A DNA stretch of 64,000 bases from a virus. Under the pieces are notes generated by a model that did not search any database, was not told the origin of the DNA, and saw only the letters and a program-made list of their open reading frames with translations. Positions 10,347 to 20,049 of this stretch are shown here, in pieces. Positions within the stretch are counted from its first letter, which is position 1, and the number at the start of each line of letters is the position of its first letter. A program made the position numbers and the translations under genes. Location of the stretch: positions 21,450-85,449 of the IMG/VR virus record IMGVR_UViG_3300043395_003277, one strand, 5' to 3'.

Positions 10347-10936
10347 CAGAGACCAGCCTCAAGTGTATTGATACGAAGAGTAACAGTACTTGCGCTAACA
10401 GGTGTATAAGCCCCACGGGTTTCAATCTCTACAAATAAACTGGTACTTGCAGTGTTTAATTTAATTAGGCGTCCTGGATAATCAACTTGTGTATATAAAC
10501 TACTGCCAAAATCTTGTGGGGTTGGTAAATCAACGTATCCCATGTAAGCACTGCGCTCACCGCTTGCTAAATCAAACGGTGCATTGTCTGCAATTGCAGT
10601 AGGACTAGCATTATAAAAGTGAATGCGAAATGCTGCCATACCAGCGGGAACAGTGCTGTCACTAAACACAAGAGACAAGCTTTGTAAGAGCACAAAACCA
10701 GCGGTTGGCCCTGCGTTTGTTAACGTAATAATTGCACTGCCGCCTGTATCACCAACAACATCGCCAGCGGTATAAGCAGTTGTATTGCTAGGACGTGTGA
10801 TAGTTGCTGTAGTTCTATATGCTTTACCATCTACAGTAAGACTGCTATTGTTATCGCTTACGGTAACAGGTTGGCCGCTAACAGTGCTTACTTTAATGAC
10901 TTCGAATAACTGTGAATTCTCTTTTACTAAAGGCAT
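10346..10936 (-). CDS. Putative virion structural protein
   Basis: TRPSNTTAYTAGDVVG motif; coupled to the fibre gene. Confidence 0.55.
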   Translation of the reverse strand: MPLVKENSQLFEVIKVSTVSGQPVTVSDNNSSLTVDGKAYRTTATITRPSNTTAYTAGDVVGDTGGSAIITLTNAGPTAGFVLLQSLSLVFSDSTVPAGMAAFRIHFYNASPTAIADNAPFDLASGERSAYMGYVDLPTPQDFGSSLYTQVDYPGRLIKLNTASTSLFVEIETRGAYTPVSASTVTLRINTLEAGL

Positions 10937-11009
10937 GGCCTATCTCTGTTTTTTAAAATTCTAACAAAGGTTGTCGCAATTAAAATAAAAGAAATAGCCT
11001 TCTCTGGTC

Positions 11010-12347
11010 ATGGTTCTTATTAGGTATATCAACGATTACGGAGATGGCACCTCTGGTTATTTAGACTACGGTTCAGGTATTGTTGTTTCCACAGTAAGTG
11101 GACAACCAATCGAGGTTGTAACTCCGGCAACTGGTGTTGTTGCTGTTCAAGCTGGCGGTGTTGGCGCAGATGCTTTTGGGAGATTACGTTCTTCTACTCC
11201 GCTAACACTATTTGACTCAAGCCATCGTTACCGTGACAACGGTCTATGGGCAACAACCAGTGGTACTGGTGGCACAACATCTTTTAATGCAAACGCTGGA
11301 CTTGTAGATCTCAACGTAACTACAACTTCTGGGTCGGAAATTGTAAGAGAAACAACAAAAGTTTTTGCTTATCAGCCAGGTAAGTCCTTGTTGATAATGT
11401 CTACTTTTGTGATGAACGCAGCAAAAGAAAACTTACGTCAACGTATTGGCTATTACGGCGCAAACAACGGCATCTATTTAGAAAAGAACGGGACCGCTGC
11501 TCCAGCTTTTGTTGAACGTAGCTACGTAACAGGAACCGTAACAGAAACTAGTGTTTCTCAGTCAAGCTGGAACATCGATAAACTAGATGGCACTGGTAGA
11601 TCTGGATTAACACTTGATCTAACTAAAGCTCAAATCTTATTTATTGATGTTGAATGGTTGGGATTAGGCACGGTACGTGCCGGTTTTGTAATTGATGGAA
11701 AACTTATTCATTGCCATTCATTCCATCACGCAAATCTAATTACGTCTACATATATAACAACAGCGTCTTTACCTTTGCGTTATGAAATTAAAAACACAGG
11801 TACTACGGCAAGTAGCAGCACACTAAAACAAATTTGTTCAACCGTAATTTCTGAAGGTGGTTACGAGTTGCGTGGTAAACCGCAAGGAATTGGAACATCA
11901 ATTACATCTCCTTACAGTTTGACAACTGCTGGTACGTTATATCCGGTAATTTCGTTACGTCTTAAAGCTGCTTCTCTTGATGCTATTGCCATTCTTAATG
12001 CTATATCAATCATGGCCGCAGGAGGTACTGCTAACTACACATGGCAACTACTGGGAAACCCAACAACATCTGGTGGATCCTGGGTTAGTGCAGGAACCGA
12101 GTCTGCAATAGAATACAACTTGACAGGTACTTCTACCTCTGGTGGTAGTGTTCTTGCGCAAGGATATTTTGCCGCAACAAACCAGGCAACAAACTCTGTT
12201 GATGTTTTAAAAGAAGCTTTGTTTACGTTCCAGCTTGAACGGAATGGCTTAACTGCAACACCGTATGAACTCTCTTTGGTTGCATCTGCAAGTGCAAACA
12301 CATCTACATTGCATGCATCAATAAACTGGCAAGAAATTAGCCTTTGA
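11010..12347 (+). CDS. Putative virion structural protein (DAFGRLR family)
   Basis: DAFGRLR..P.TLFDS, YQPGKS, EWLGLGTVR.GF; Thr/Ser/Gly-rich. Confidence 0.6.
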   Translation: MVLIRYINDYGDGTSGYLDYGSGIVVSTVSGQPIEVVTPATGVVAVQAGGVGADAFGRLRSSTPLTLFDSSHRYRDNGLWATTSGTGGTTSFNANAGLVDLNVTTTSGSEIVRETTKVFAYQPGKSLLIMSTFVMNAAKENLRQRIGYYGANNGIYLEKNGTAAPAFVERSYVTGTVTETSVSQSSWNIDKLDGTGRSGLTLDLTKAQILFIDVEWLGLGTVRAGFVIDGKLIHCHSFHHANLITSTYITTASLPLRYEIKNTGTTASSSTLKQICSTVISEGGYELRGKPQGIGTSITSPYSLTTAGTLYPVISLRLKAASLDAIAILNAISIMAAGGTANYTWQLLGNPTTSGGSWVSAGTESAIEYNLTGTSTSGGSVLAQGYFAATNQATNSVDVLKEALFTFQLERNGLTATPYELSLVASASANTSTLHASINWQEISL

Positions 12348-12383
12348 TATTTTTTGTTAAACTAGAATTACTGACAAAAACTT

Positions 12384-12926
12384 ATGTATAGCTCCGCACC
12401 TCAAGCCATTCAGCAACCTGTTCTTGAAGCTGTTCCAGAGCCTCAGGCAAAGCCCAAAGCACCAGGTAAATCAAAGAACGGTGATGTCGGGTCCTTCATC
12501 CAGCAGTGCATCTCCCTCTGTGCTTACATCAAGGAACTTGAGACACAATCCCATCTCATTCACCTGAACTACGAGGGGGCGAACTTCCTCGGGGTGCATG
12601 CCTTCCTTCGAGATCAATACGAAGCACATCTGGAACAGTTCGATACGTTAGCTGAGTTTGTTCGCTCGATGGATTATCTCATGCCTCAGTGTAGCTGTGG
12701 CCTCAAGGATGCTGCCCCTCCCATTCAAGTGGTAACTTCTTATAAAGGAATTGAGATGCTTGGTGTGTACTACAAAAACCTTGAAGAACTGGGCATGAAA
12801 GCCAAGAAGCTGGAACCTCTTGCGGCCAAAGTGGGTGCAATTGATATCCAAAACTACATGGCTGATCTTGTTGGTCAGGCGTTTAAAGCAGCTTGGTTTG
12901 TTAAAGCTACATTAAGGAATGGGTGA
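12384..12926 (+). CDS. dps: Dps/ferritin-like protein
   Basis: HLNYEGANFLGVH...QY....FDTLAE ferroxidase pattern; C-terminal KAAWF. Confidence 0.75.
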   Translation: MYSSAPQAIQQPVLEAVPEPQAKPKAPGKSKNGDVGSFIQQCISLCAYIKELETQSHLIHLNYEGANFLGVHAFLRDQYEAHLEQFDTLAEFVRSMDYLMPQCSCGLKDAAPPIQVVTSYKGIEMLGVYYKNLEELGMKAKKLEPLAAKVGAIDIQNYMADLVGQAFKAAWFVKATLRNG

Positions 12927-12939
12927 AAAAACAATTGTA

Positions 12940-13010
12940 AGCCCTACTCCGGTACCTCCCCGGATTCTCTGCGTTACAAAGGCAGCGCTTCAATTTAAAG
13001 CTTGCAGGGC
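12940..13010 (-). tRNA. Atypical tRNA-Thr(UGU) or pseudo-tRNA
   Basis: Acceptor GCCCUGC/GUAGGGC, D stem GCUU/AAGC, loop UUUGUAA, T stem UCCGG/CCGGA; non-canonical T loop GGAGGUA and A8. Confidence 0.55.
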
Positions 13011-13013
13011 GTA

Positions 13014-13089
13014 TCGGAGCGCTCAGATTTGAACTGAGATTATTCCTGTCCCCAAAACAGGTGCCATGACCAAGTTAGGCGACGCTCCG
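13014..13089 (-). tRNA. tRNA-Pro(UGG)
   Basis: Acceptor CGGAGCG/CGCUCCG, anticodon arm CCUGU-UUUGGGG-ACAGG, T arm CUCAG-UUCAAAU-CUGAG, discriminator A, no encoded CCA. Confidence 0.92.
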
Positions 13090-13550
13090 AAACTGTTTAC
13101 GTACTTTAACACCTTTTCTTCAATTAAAGCGCGATGTCTTGAGTGCCAAATCCGATGGTGGTTTGGACATAAAGGTATTAAATTCAAAGGACTGTTATCT
13201 TTATTGTTTCCGTTTAAATGGTGCACCTCAATAATTAAATTAAAACCGCAAAGGCAACATTCTTTTTTGTGATATGCAAAACAAATTGTTCTGTAATTAT
13301 TGCCTTGATAATTTGGATTGCATGTGCCTTTTCTAAAAAAACTGTTGTAACAACTTGTGCTACATGTTTTTTGTTCAGGATGTTTTAAAACGCCGCACTT
13401 CGGGCAAGGCGTCCCAAAAGCTGGGTTTTGCGTGCAAGTTTTTAAATGACGAATAATAAAAGGTTTTTTAAATTCTTTTTTGCAAAAAATACAGCACACT
13501 AAAGGATCTTTGCGCCCTCGCAAAAGATTGTTTAAAGAATTTTTATGCAC
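13023..13550 (-). CDS. HNH endonuclease with Cys-rich zinc ribbons
   Basis: CCLCG..IEVHHLNGNNKDNSPLNLIPLCPNHHRIWH; AT-rich insert in the tRNA cluster. Confidence 0.85.
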   Translation of the reverse strand: MHKNSLNNLLRGRKDPLVCCIFCKKEFKKPFIIRHLKTCTQNPAFGTPCPKCGVLKHPEQKTCSTSCYNSFFRKGTCNPNYQGNNYRTICFAYHKKECCLCGFNLIIEVHHLNGNNKDNSPLNLIPLCPNHHRIWHSRHRALIEEKVLKYVNSFGASPNLVMAPVLGTGIISVQI

Positions 13551-13589
13551 TCATATTAAAGTCTTTTAAAAGCTTAGCAATAAATATAA

Positions 13590-13859
13590 ACCGGGGCGAG
13601 GATATCCGCCGACGATAATCTACGATGCGGCCTAGGGGATCCTTCGTTTAATACAACATTCCTTGTTGTACCCCAGGGGTTGAGCTGGACTCGAACCAGC
13701 TACTGAATGTGTTATCCACGTGCCTTTCCCTTTGGCTTCCAACCCATTGGGCCTCCTTCCAGGCTATCTGCCTGACGAGTAACCCCAGCCTTCGCGCTTG
13801 CCGAATGGGTCCCCGGCGCATCAGCGGCCAACTGAGCCCGATCAAAAGAGAGCGGGAAC
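13590..13859 (-). ncRNA. Candidate structured ncRNA containing a tRNA-like module (13676-13745)
   Basis: TATAAT at 13866-13871; many stems with G-U pairs on -; T arm GCUGG-UUCGAGU-CCAGC; acceptor GGGUUGG/UCAACCC. Confidence 0.6.
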
Positions 13860-13874
13860 ATAAACATTATACAT

Positions 13875-13902
13875 AAAAAATCCCGGTTTCTCAGGCCGGG
13901 AT
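13875..13902 (-). terminator. Intrinsic terminator
   Basis: AUCCCGG/CCGGGAU hairpin followed by a U run. Confidence 0.7.
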
Positions 13903-13904
13903 CT

Positions 13905-13990
13905 GTCTTCCTTACCGCTGACGCGAGCACTTCAATAAACGAAGTGTCAGGGAGTTCGACTATTTCCCTGGAGCGTTAGTGCTCAGGAAT
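13905..13990. ncRNA. Candidate small structured RNA
   Basis: Non-coding multi-stem region (CACTTC/GAAGTG, CAGGGA/TCCCTG, GAGCACT/AGTGCTC). Confidence 0.4.
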
Positions 13991-13996
13991 ACAATA

Positions 13997-14167
13997 TCAT
14001 TTTTTCTTTGCTTTTTTGGCAGTCCTTGCGGATTCTTTAAAAGCCTTGGCGGTTGGTGCACCTTTTTCACCAGGTTTACGCATTTTTTCTCCGCTGCCAG
14101 CGGCAATGCGCTCACGTTTGGCATTGATATTAGCGTATAAACCAGGCTTAGATTCCTTCTTTGCCAT
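13997..14167 (-). CDS. Small basic protein, 56 aa (not in ORF track)
   Basis: MAKKESKPGLYANINAKRERIAAGSGEKMRKPGEKGAPT...; recognisable phage small basic family. Confidence 0.7.
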   Translation of the reverse strand: MAKKESKPGLYANINAKRERIAAGSGEKMRKPGEKGAPTAKAFKESARTAKKAKKK

Positions 14168-14629
14168 TGTTTTGTTTGCGTTCTTCTAATAGTTTAAGAT
14201 ACTTACATGGTTTTGCAGACTTAGCCCAATCTCTGGGAGGGTTTGGCATGATCCTTTCCAGCTCCCAGAAATAACGCTCTAGTCTTTCGGCTTCGCTGGG
14301 AAGTTTAAACTTCTTTTCCTTGCGTTGCTTTGCCAAACTTTTGCATAATCTCATCCATGCACTCTAGAGACTCCAGGCGCATCAAGATGTCTGTGATGGT
14401 GGAGATCGTGATTGGATGTTCAGCCCGCGCTGCAAACGCCAGGGCATCACGCAAATTAGCACTTGCTTGATCAATGGCATCTTTGACTTGATTAGATAAA
14501 GACATCTGGGATTGTTTGGGTGCTTTAAGTATAAAAGAAAGTGTTTCCATGGCGACTATCCCGTACGTATTAATTATCAATCAAAGATAAAAATAATACG
14601 TACGGAATATACAACCTAGGGTGTACGGT

Positions 14630-15202
14630 TTACAGCTCGTACCACACCCAGCCAACTTGATATTCGTCCAGGAAGGGTTCAATACCAATCGCATCCATTA
14701 ACTCATAAATCAATCGGCCTTTCCCCATTCGAACTCCATTTCTCTTGATGTTGTCATCGACAACAATCAAGGTTCCATCTTTTACCAGGTCTTTGGCAGC
14801 AAACAATTCTTTTAGATGGTGGGCCGCTGGTGCCCAATCATTTGCCCAGTTGTCAATGTTGTACGAATCCAGGTACAACAAATCGGCTTTCCCTTTGAGA
14901 GTGCTAAGAAGTTCGACAGAATCTGATTGAATAACTTCTGCATGTACAGTCGATACCCTCGCTAGCTCACAAGCTTTCTCATCAATATCAACAGAAATCA
15001 ATGTGCCGCCACGGTAATGAACATAATTGTCAAAAAGAAGGGTTGAGCAACCATCGCCACGATAGTTGTTTTCTTCTCGGTATGTGCCGGTTTCAATGAT
15101 TGTGGGATTAGGGCGTTGGTCTAAATGCGCAAAGATCCTCTCGAAGCCGTGTGCGCGGGCTCCAAGATTGGACTTAACCTCAGCAAAGTACTCTTCCCAC
15201 AT
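14630..15202 (-). CDS. Class I SAM-dependent methyltransferase (Methyltransf_24-like)
   Basis: IIETGT, SVDID, DLLYLDS, IVVDD. Confidence 0.75.
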   Translation of the reverse strand: MWEEYFAEVKSNLGARAHGFERIFAHLDQRPNPTIIETGTYREENNYRGDGCSTLLFDNYVHYRGGTLISVDIDEKACELARVSTVHAEVIQSDSVELLSTLKGKADLLYLDSYNIDNWANDWAPAAHHLKELFAAKDLVKDGTLIVVDDNIKRNGVRMGKGRLIYELMDAIGIEPFLDEYQVGWVWYEL

Positions 15203-15339
15203 GTTCGCCTAGTTATAAATCAACTCGAGTATAAGTGATATCCTGTTCGTCAAGCTTTTCTTCGTATTCGTCGGCTTCGATTGTTTCAATGTCTTCTACA
15301 ACGGGCCAACCATCGATGTCGTAATAAAACCTGGTGAGA

Positions 15340-15588
15340 TTACAGGACATGAACCAATTCCAAAATAGAAGTTTTTGTTAAGAATTCACAAAGAAAAATA
15401 ATGAGGACTGCAATCATCGCGGTCCTACCATTAACGCGTTCTGCGTACCAAATAAAATCATTTGGATGGTTTGGTGGATTCCAAAACGCCAGGTCCGGTA
15501 ACCATTCCTTAATAATTGCTTGAGGTATCCAGGCCAAACAGGAGATCCAGCCCATGCACCAGTAACGTACTTTGCTAAGACCGTCCAT
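15340..15588 (-). CDS. hli: High-light-inducible protein
   Basis: AERVNGRTAM chlorophyll-binding motif followed by a TM helix. Confidence 0.85.
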   Translation of the reverse strand: MDGLSKVRYWCMGWISCLAWIPQAIIKEWLPDLAFWNPPNHPNDFIWYAERVNGRTAMIAVLIIFLCEFLTKTSILELVHVL

Positions 15589-15739
15589 TATTTGGCAGCA
15601 AAATTAAACACAAGATACACGTCGAGGAGTGTCACTGTCAACATTGCCATCAGAATGCTAGCAATCAAATACGTAAACTCCTTCATTCGCACCAAAACAA
15701 AAATTGTGATACCTTGAGGATAATATATAAAAACCTCAA

Positions 15740-16594
15740 GTGGTTGCTAAAATAGATTTATCAAATCCTTGGATTAAGATCCAGGACAAGCAACCAGCTT
15801 TGATGCGGGACCTCAACAGGGCCGCAACCAGAATTACACTTAACGGCAAAAGGCATTACACCACTCCGTTACCATCTGGACCGGCGCCGTCCGTAACTAC
15901 TATCATCTCAGAGACAGCTTCCGAAGCAAACAAACGGAAGCTCGAAATGTGGTCCAAAGCAAATCCAGGCGTTAAAGAAGCTGCTGCTGAACGGGGAACT
16001 GCCATCCACTACGGCATGGAACAGTACCTCAAAGGTAATAAACGGCCGGAGATTGCAGATGATTATAAAGAATTTTGGCAAGGCATGCCATCAATTCTGG
16101 ATCAATTTGAAGAAGTACTCTGGGCTGAAACCCCAGTACTTGATAAGTTTCAATTTACTGTTGGGGCTGATGACGTTGCTCGCGTTTGGGGTTGCGATCC
16201 TGATGGGCGTGCCTGGGCTGGTGCTCCCGACATTATCGGCGTGGTTAATAATAAGCTTACTTTGGCTGATTTAAAAACCAGCGTTAAACCTTACAGTCGC
16301 AAATGGCCAAAAGACCTGGAAAAAGGTTCGCCTGAATGGCGAGATCTGCTGGGTGGTCACATGAAATTTAAAAAAACCTGCAAACAACTTGCAGCTTATG
16401 ATTTAGCGATTACTCAAACGTTAGGCCTTAAGGTACAACAAGCTGCTATTCTGGTATCAACTCCAGTACGCACGCAAGTCTTTAAGATCTCCAGGAACTT
16501 CCTTAATGCTTTGCACGAAGATTGGTACAAAATTGTTGAGGAATACTATAGGCAGATCGAAGAATATGGTAGTGCTGATCCTGATTTGATTTGA
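15740..16594 (+). CDS. PD-(D/E)XK exonuclease
   Basis: PSVTTII, ERGTAIH, AGAPD...ADLKTS, QLAAY. Confidence 0.85.
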   Translation: MVAKIDLSNPWIKIQDKQPALMRDLNRAATRITLNGKRHYTTPLPSGPAPSVTTIISETASEANKRKLEMWSKANPGVKEAAAERGTAIHYGMEQYLKGNKRPEIADDYKEFWQGMPSILDQFEEVLWAETPVLDKFQFTVGADDVARVWGCDPDGRAWAGAPDIIGVVNNKLTLADLKTSVKPYSRKWPKDLEKGSPEWRDLLGGHMKFKKTCKQLAAYDLAITQTLGLKVQQAAILVSTPVRTQVFKISRNFLNALHEDWYKIVEEYYRQIEEYGSADPDLI

Positions 16595-17021
16595 GATGGT
16601 TTGGAATCCCGAAGATCCAATCGAAAAACAAAAGCGTATTGCATGGTCTGTAGCCACTTCGACTGCTATTCAAACAAAAGAAGATCCTGTCCTTATTTAC
16701 GAAAGGTTAATGAAACAACCTGTTCTCATGAATGTCTCATTGTGCGACACAAATGATACCTAAAAATTTCAGGTTGCTCTAACGGCTTGTTGGTTTTCTG
16801 GCCGTAGGATAAAGAGACAATCAATACCACGCCCTCATGGACATTCACGTCAACGTGGGTGAGTGGATAAATACTCTCCAAAGTCGCATGAGCAATGCGT
16901 CTGATGGGGATTGTTTTTATCTGCCCACCAGTATGCATCTCCATGCGTTTTCACTCTTAAAAGAGGGCTATTTCCCAGAGCGAGACTTTAAAGTAAAGCT
17001 TGACGATTCGACTTTTGTGAA

Positions 17022-19670
17022 ATGAATACAAATCAATATTCCCTTAAGCCCGGCGAAATCCGTCTCGATTTCATCCCCGTTGATTGGCCTCTTACTCCAC
17101 TTGGGGCCAATAAAGATCCTTACGTTATCGGCTGGCAGGCCAAGCCGTTTAGCGTTAAAGAAATAGAAGAGGAGCTGACAACTGGTAACTGTAAAGCAAT
17201 CGGTGTGTTAGGTGGTCCGGTATACAATCACCCGTATGGACTTATTTGGGTTGATGTGGATGGTCCCAGTGTTTATGCACTGATTGAACAACTCTCCAAC
17301 ACAACTTTTGCTGAAGCACTTCCTGCCACTCTTACAGTATTCAGTGGTAAAGAGGGGCGTGAACGTCGCCTTTACAAACTTGATCGCGATTCACATAAAC
17401 ACCTCATCCGAAACAAATACACTTGGCATGCAGAAGAAAATAAAGAGAAGCTTGAAATCTTGTGGAAACGCCATCAAGGCGTGCTAATGGGACTGCATCC
17501 GGAAACGGATGGTTACTACACAATTGAAAAGCAAGGTTTTGAGTGGGCTCACCAGTTGCCTGAATTTCCGGCCTGGCTACTTAACGCCATCATCAATAAA
17601 AACGTTAAACAGGGGAAACCGGCAAAAGAAACAACCAGGATGATCGGTGCCAACTTTGCCATGCAGGCAGAGATTGGTCTTGACCGTGACATTCAGGTTG
17701 CAAAAGAAGCAATGTGGGGCATGCCTCCAGATGCCGCTGATGATTACGACATCTGGATCACGGTTGGACAATCGCTCCATTCGTTAGACGAATCCCTGCT
17801 TGATGAATGGGATAACTGGTCTAAACAATCAAAAAAGTACCGAGATGGTGAATGCCATCGTCGTTGGCTTTCTTTTAGTCGTGGTGGTGGCAGGACTGTT
17901 GGTTCTCTCCTTCATGTAGCTCAAGAGAATGGCTGGCAGCCGTCCCAGGAGCACCGGGTACTGAACGTTGATGATGCGACACTTGAGCATGTGTCTGCAT
18001 TAGTTGAAAAAATTGAAGCTGATCTAGGACTGTCTGCGATGGAAACTGTTGAAAAGACTCGCAATTCTCACACAACTGGTAGCTGGAACGCATCACGGCG
18101 CTTGAAGGCAAGCAGCAGCCAAGAGCAAGGAAAGCAAGAAGACAACCGTTCGCGTAACCCTTCATCTGATCGCGTTGCTGATACGGTGCTCACCATGTAT
18201 ACAGGTGATCTCAGGTACAGTCAACCCCATGGTCAGTTCTTCTTATACAACAAACGCAAAGGGTTGTGGGAACCTTTAACAAAAATTGAGATGCTCGGTG
18301 ATATCAGGGGCAAACTTAAAACTCTTGTGGAATCTGAATTCTTGCCTAAAGGATTTAGTACAAACTTGATGAATGACGTATACACCCAACTTCAATCAGA
18401 AGTACCTTTTGATGATTGGTATGACGGTGCAGACTATCTGCTGTTTACCAATGGTGTGCTGGATGTTACGGCAAAAGAACTAATGCCGTTCGATCGAAAT
18501 CTATATTTAATTCAACAAATGCCATATGAATATGACCCAGGGGCAACCTGTGAAGATATTGTTAAATGGCTGAAGCATACGCAGCACAACAACTGGAATC
18601 GCACCCAGGTGCTTAGGGCATGGCTGCGTGCAACACTGCTTGGTCGCTATGAAATTCAAAAGTTTGTTGAGATCGTAGGGCCAGGTAAATCAGGTAAATC
18701 AACTTATGCAAACCTGGCTGTTGCATTGGTTGGTAAACAAAATACATACTCAACTGATTTTGAGAACCTGGAGAAAAACAGGTTTGAAGCTGCTAGTTAC
18801 ATGGGTAAAAAGCTTCTGCTGTTCCAGGATGCTGATCGTTGGGGTGGTTCAGTTTCAAAACTGAAGGCAATCACGGGTAATGACTGGATTCGTTCTGAAC
18901 GTAAATATCAGACTGAAAGTCAAGATCCATTTCAGTATCACGGGGTGGTCATGATTACGGCAAATGAAGCCATCCAGTCCACTGATTACACTTCTGGTTT
19001 GGCACGTCGTCGACTTACTATTCCTTTTGATCGCCCCTTCGAGGGCGGTCAAGCAGAACAAAAAGAATTAATTAAATTTGATAACAAGGGTAATCCGCAA
19101 GGTGTATTTGCGCCACTGCTATCGGGATTGGTCAACTGGCTTCTGGACATGACGGAAGAAGACATGCGTTCTTACCTCATGGAGACTGGTAAAAATGTCT
19201 TGTTCTTCCAGAAGTATGAGAAGACGCAGAGTCTCCGTTCTAATCCGTTGCTTGATTGGATGGATCACAAGATCGTATTTGATCCAGGTGTATCATCTCC
19301 TGTTGGTTTCTGCAAGGCTCAACCTAGCGGTGGCTCTGGTTACTACATGAACTGGAGCGAATGGCTGTATGCAAGCTATGCAGAATTCTGCCGTAGCTGT
19401 AATGTTGGCATCATGTCGCGTGGTCGTTTTGAACCACTATTCCTGGACATCTGTAAGCACCAGCTGAAACTCAATGTCTATGGCATTAAGAGCAACCGGG
19501 GTATGCGCATCATCAATGCCGCAGTACGGGAATCAAACAAAACTAAATATGAGAATTATCCATCCATTGTTGAAGTGGCTGCCAAGCCTGATGAGTACCA
19601 ACAGCTGTATGGTGCTGTGCTCACTGCGCCTACTGATGCCATAATGGATGAAAATGCTGTCGATATGTGA
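17022..19670 (+). CDS. Primase-helicase (Prim-Pol + PriCT-2 + D5-like SF3 helicase)
   Basis: WVDVDG; YDIWITVGQSLH..WDNWS; LLFTNGVLD; Walker A GPGKSGKST; ITGND, MITANE, RRR. Confidence 0.9.
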   Translation: MNTNQYSLKPGEIRLDFIPVDWPLTPLGANKDPYVIGWQAKPFSVKEIEEELTTGNCKAIGVLGGPVYNHPYGLIWVDVDGPSVYALIEQLSNTTFAEALPATLTVFSGKEGRERRLYKLDRDSHKHLIRNKYTWHAEENKEKLEILWKRHQGVLMGLHPETDGYYTIEKQGFEWAHQLPEFPAWLLNAIINKNVKQGKPAKETTRMIGANFAMQAEIGLDRDIQVAKEAMWGMPPDAADDYDIWITVGQSLHSLDESLLDEWDNWSKQSKKYRDGECHRRWLSFSRGGGRTVGSLLHVAQENGWQPSQEHRVLNVDDATLEHVSALVEKIEADLGLSAMETVEKTRNSHTTGSWNASRRLKASSSQEQGKQEDNRSRNPSSDRVADTVLTMYTGDLRYSQPHGQFFLYNKRKGLWEPLTKIEMLGDIRGKLKTLVESEFLPKGFSTNLMNDVYTQLQSEVPFDDWYDGADYLLFTNGVLDVTAKELMPFDRNLYLIQQMPYEYDPGATCEDIVKWLKHTQHNNWNRTQVLRAWLRATLLGRYEIQKFVEIVGPGKSGKSTYANLAVALVGKQNTYSTDFENLEKNRFEAASYMGKKLLLFQDADRWGGSVSKLKAITGNDWIRSERKYQTESQDPFQYHGVVMITANEAIQSTDYTSGLARRRLTIPFDRPFEGGQAEQKELIKFDNKGNPQGVFAPLLSGLVNWLLDMTEEDMRSYLMETGKNVLFFQKYEKTQSLRSNPLLDWMDHKIVFDPGVSSPVGFCKAQPSGGSGYYMNWSEWLYASYAEFCRSCNVGIMSRGRFEPLFLDICKHQLKLNVYGIKSNRGMRIINAAVRESNKTKYENYPSIVEVAAKPDEYQQLYGAVLTAPTDAIMDENAVDM

Positions 19671-20020
19671 GCAATGGTCGCCACTTAATCCTTGATCTTT
19701 ACGATTGCGATCGGGAAATCCTGGATGATTACGCAGAACTACAGCGGTTGCTGGAAGCTTCTCTTGTTATGGCTAAAGCAACAATTCTCCGCATCTTTGG
19801 AGAAAAGTTCCAGCCACAAGGGGTTACGCTTCTGGCACTGCTGGCTGAATCCCACGCATCTCTGCATTCATGGCCTGAGTTGGGATATTGCGCAATCGAT
19901 CTCTACACATGTGGCGAAACTACGGAAACACATCGTGCTGCTGAGTTCTTAAAGAAAAAACTGCACGCAAAAACAGTAGAACAAAAAGAACTTGTACGGT
20001 CTGTAACGCCACAGAATTAG
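19667..20020 (+). CDS. speD: S-adenosylmethionine decarboxylase proenzyme
   Basis: GRHLILDLY, FQPQGVT..LLAESH.S.HSWPE.GY.AIDLYTCG. Confidence 0.92.
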   Translation: MSNGRHLILDLYDCDREILDDYAELQRLLEASLVMAKATILRIFGEKFQPQGVTLLALLAESHASLHSWPELGYCAIDLYTCGETTETHRAAEFLKKKLHAKTVEQKELVRSVTPQN

Positions 20021-20049
20021 ATATACTAAGGCGAGCAATCACTTAATAA

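Noticed and set aside
13590-13860. tmRNA, RNase P, SRP, hammerhead or HDV/theta ribozyme identity for the structured RNA
   Set aside because: No G3-U70 or tag ORF, no GAGGAAAGUC, CUGAUGC..CGAAG is not a full hammerhead core, and UCCUCG lacks the surrounding HDV helices
13023-13860. IscB/HEARO-type RNA-guided system
   Set aside because: The protein is only 175 aa with no RuvC or PLMP motifs and looks like an independent AT-rich insert
15740-16594. Cas4 indicating a CRISPR system
   Set aside because: No Fe-S Cys cluster pattern or array; ordinary phage exonuclease in the replication module
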